Positions 25,870-27,997 of a stretch of DNA of 27,997 nucleotides are shown here, one piece after another; within the stretch, counting starts at the first letter, position 1; the number at the start of each line of letters is the position of its first letter. A program made the position numbers and the translations under genes. The stretch comes from a virus. Its lineage: Duplodnaviria; Caudoviricetes. The notes under the pieces were generated by a model. That model saw only the letters and a program-made list of their open reading frames with translations, was not told the origin of the DNA and made no database searches. The DNA lies in the IMG/VR virus record IMGVR_UViG_3300020472_002141, positions 1-27,997 of that record. One strand, written 5' to 3'.

Positions 25870-27633
25870 ATGAGTATCATTGTATCTTGTGCCCGTGGAC
25901 ATAATTCTAGTACCACATTAATGGTTGATGGTGAGATAGTATTTTATCTTGAAGAAGAAAGATTATCCAGATGGAAACGTGATGGAACACCTTTACTAGG
26001 TTTAAAAAAAGTATTTGAATATGTTGATTACATAGATCATCTGGTTGTATGTCATACACATCGTAATGGTCCTAAATGTGATTGGACTGGGGAAGATTTG
26101 TATAAAGGATGGGTAAGAAAATTATCCAGAAAGAATTTTGAATTTAAAGTAACATTCATTGATACTATACATCACCAGATGCATGCTAATACAGCTTTTA
26201 TAAATTCTGGTTTTGATAGTGCTGCTTGTGTTATTGTTGATGGTGCAGGAAGCTTTTTAGGTACAAAGATTGTTGATGATGTAGTATTTGAATTTGAAAG
26301 TATATTCAAAGCAAAGAAACCTCTTAAACTTGAACCTGTGTATAAGCACTTAGGAACTTCTTCTGCTATTGGTTATGTACCTGTAGGTGATGATTACTCT
26401 AATCCTGAAGTTGTAGTTACTGAATTTCCTGGTATAGTTAAAGAGTATGAAGCTGTAACTGAATATTGTGGGTGGTCTTCTATAGAAGCTGGAAAGACAA
26501 TGGGTTTATCTCCATATGGAAAACCAAATTCAGATATACCTCCAATGTTTAGAAATGGATTTGGTAATAGAGATTTATTCAGTCCAAATTATCCTAATGG
26601 TGCTAGACTTCTTGCGTCCAGATTTCCAAAGATTTTAGAAGATTATACTAAGCATGAGAAGGGTGAATGGACTCAGATGCAAAAAGATATGGCATATGCT
26701 ATTCAAAAAGAGTCTGAAGAGCAAATGATTGCTTTAATTCAAAAGGCACATGATTTAACTGGAGAGAAGAATATTTGTATTTCTGGTGGATACGCTTTGA
26801 ATTGTGTTGGTAATTATAAGTTTGTAAAACATTTTCCAGATTTAAATATTTTTGTAGAACCTGTTTCACATGATGGTGGAACATCTATTGGTGGTGCATA
26901 TCATGTATATGCTAATAATTATTGGAATCCTAATATTCCAAAATTAAAACCACTTGATAACTTATATTATGGAGCACAGTATGATCCTGATTCATACTTA
27001 GAACAGATTGATGATGGATGTAAAGTAACAGACACTTCTCCTGAAGATGTTGCAAAATTAATTCGTAAAGGTGAGATAGTTACTATCTTCCAAGGAAGAT
27101 CTGAAGGTGGTCCTAGAGCACTTGGTAATCGTTCTATATTATTTGATCCTACTATTAAGGATGGTAAGGATATTATTAATAGTGTAAAGCATAGAGAGTT
27201 CTTTAGACCTTTTGCTTGTTCTATTCTAGCTGATAAAGTTAATGATTGGTTTGATCTTGCAGGGATGGATGATGCACCTCATATGATGTATGCTGTTGAT
27301 TGTTTACCTGGTGTAGAGGAAAAGATCCCTTCAGTTATTCATGTAGATGGTACTTGTAGAATACAAACTGTTACAGATAAACAAAATAAAAATTATTATA
27401 AATTGATTAGTGAGTTTGAAAAATTATCTGGAGTTCCTTTATTATTTAATACTTCATTTAATCTTGGTGGAGATCCTTTAGTAGAAACTATTGAAGATGC
27501 AATTGATACTCTAAGTAATAGTAAAATTAATTATATGTATCTACCAGAGATACAGAAGTTAGTTTTTGTTGATAGAAATTATAATAATAATATTAATAGA
27601 ACGTATAATCAAGAGCAAGAGGAAGAATTGTAA
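25870..27633 (+). CDS. O-carbamoyltransferase, NodU/CmcH/TobZ family
   Basis: EEERLSRxK, HHxxHA, VDGAG, GKTMGLSPYG, SGGYALN, GPRALGNRS, KHREFFRPFA, HVDGTCRIQTV, NTSFN. Confidence 0.95.
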   Translation: MSIIVSCARGHNSSTTLMVDGEIVFYLEEERLSRWKRDGTPLLGLKKVFEYVDYIDHLVVCHTHRNGPKCDWTGEDLYKGWVRKLSRKNFEFKVTFIDTIHHQMHANTAFINSGFDSAACVIVDGAGSFLGTKIVDDVVFEFESIFKAKKPLKLEPVYKHLGTSSAIGYVPVGDDYSNPEVVVTEFPGIVKEYEAVTEYCGWSSIEAGKTMGLSPYGKPNSDIPPMFRNGFGNRDLFSPNYPNGARLLASRFPKILEDYTKHEKGEWTQMQKDMAYAIQKESEEQMIALIQKAHDLTGEKNICISGGYALNCVGNYKFVKHFPDLNIFVEPVSHDGGTSIGGAYHVYANNYWNPNIPKLKPLDNLYYGAQYDPDSYLEQIDDGCKVTDTSPEDVAKLIRKGEIVTIFQGRSEGGPRALGNRSILFDPTIKDGKDIINSVKHREFFRPFACSILADKVNDWFDLAGMDDAPHMMYAVDCLPGVEEKIPSVIHVDGTCRIQTVTDKQNKNYYKLISEFEKLSGVPLLFNTSFNLGGDPLVETIEDAIDTLSNSKINYMYLPEIQKLVFVDRNYNNNINRTYNQEQEEEL

Positions 27634-27997
27634 TGGAGAATGATATTGTTTGGTGTAATGGCACATTCGATATTCTTCATCCAGGACATATAGAACTATT
27701 CAAGGTTGCTAGATCTTTAGGAAACAAAGTAATAGTTGCTACTGATACGGATGAAAAGATTCGTACTGACAAAGGAGAGCATCGCCCTATAAATGATCTT
27801 CATTATAGGGTTGCTATGCTTGAGGCAATCAAGTATATTGATGTGGTACATACCTTTGGTAGTAGGCAAGAGTTAGAAGATCTAATTGAATTATATCAAC
27901 CAGATATATTATTACTTGGCGATGATTGGAGGGATGGTGATGTAGTTGGTTGGGAACACGCTGGTGAGGTAAGACATCTTCCTAGAGTAGGTGGATA
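27633..27997 (+). CDS. Cytidylyltransferase-superfamily nucleotidyltransferase (RfaE/HldC- or TagD-like), 3'-truncated; not in ORF track
   Basis: MENDIVWCNGTFDILHPGHIELF...KGEHRPIN...R...PDILLLGDDW; HxGH motif; TAATG overlap with the upstream stop. Confidence 0.9.
   Translation, partial: MENDIVWCNGTFDILHPGHIELFKVARSLGNKVIVATDTDEKIRTDKGEHRPINDLHYRVAMLEAIKYIDVVHTFGSRQELEDLIELYQPDILLLGDDWRDGDVVGWEHAGEVRHLPRVGG

Noticed and set aside
25402-25902. 166-aa antisense ORF
   Set aside because: Shadow of the GT gene; its Phe/Leu richness mirrors Lys codons; no motifs.
1-27997. CRISPR arrays, tRNA/rRNA, IS elements
   Set aside because: Intergenic gaps are all under about 90 bp, with no repeat-spacer pattern, cloverleaf or transposase seen.

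Overview
AT-rich segment of a T4-like cyanomyovirus, probably infecting Prochlorococcus (D1 carries [16 protein letters not shown] and TWGDVLNR). All credible genes are on the + strand. Order: 3' end of psbA with terminator; an accessory block (DUF2997/DUF1257-Ycf35 pair, degenerate EndoVII/F-CphI-like zinc protein, small hypotheticals, heme oxygenase, HNH nuclease); a ~21 kb block under T4 late-type promoters encoding fibre/adhesin proteins, an S8 protease, a cupredoxin-like domain protein and two very Cys-rich adhesin-like paralogs; then a sigma70-type promoter ahead of a GT9-like glycosyltransferase, a NodU/CmcH carbamoyltransferase and a truncated RfaE/HldC-like nucleotidyltransferase. Lead hypothesis (inference only): a phage-encoded virion-protein glycosylation system, possibly S-linked on Cys, plus a pervasive G-[IVL]-x-[TS] motif in the structural proteins. 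Family assignments come from motifs recognised by eye, with no database search.
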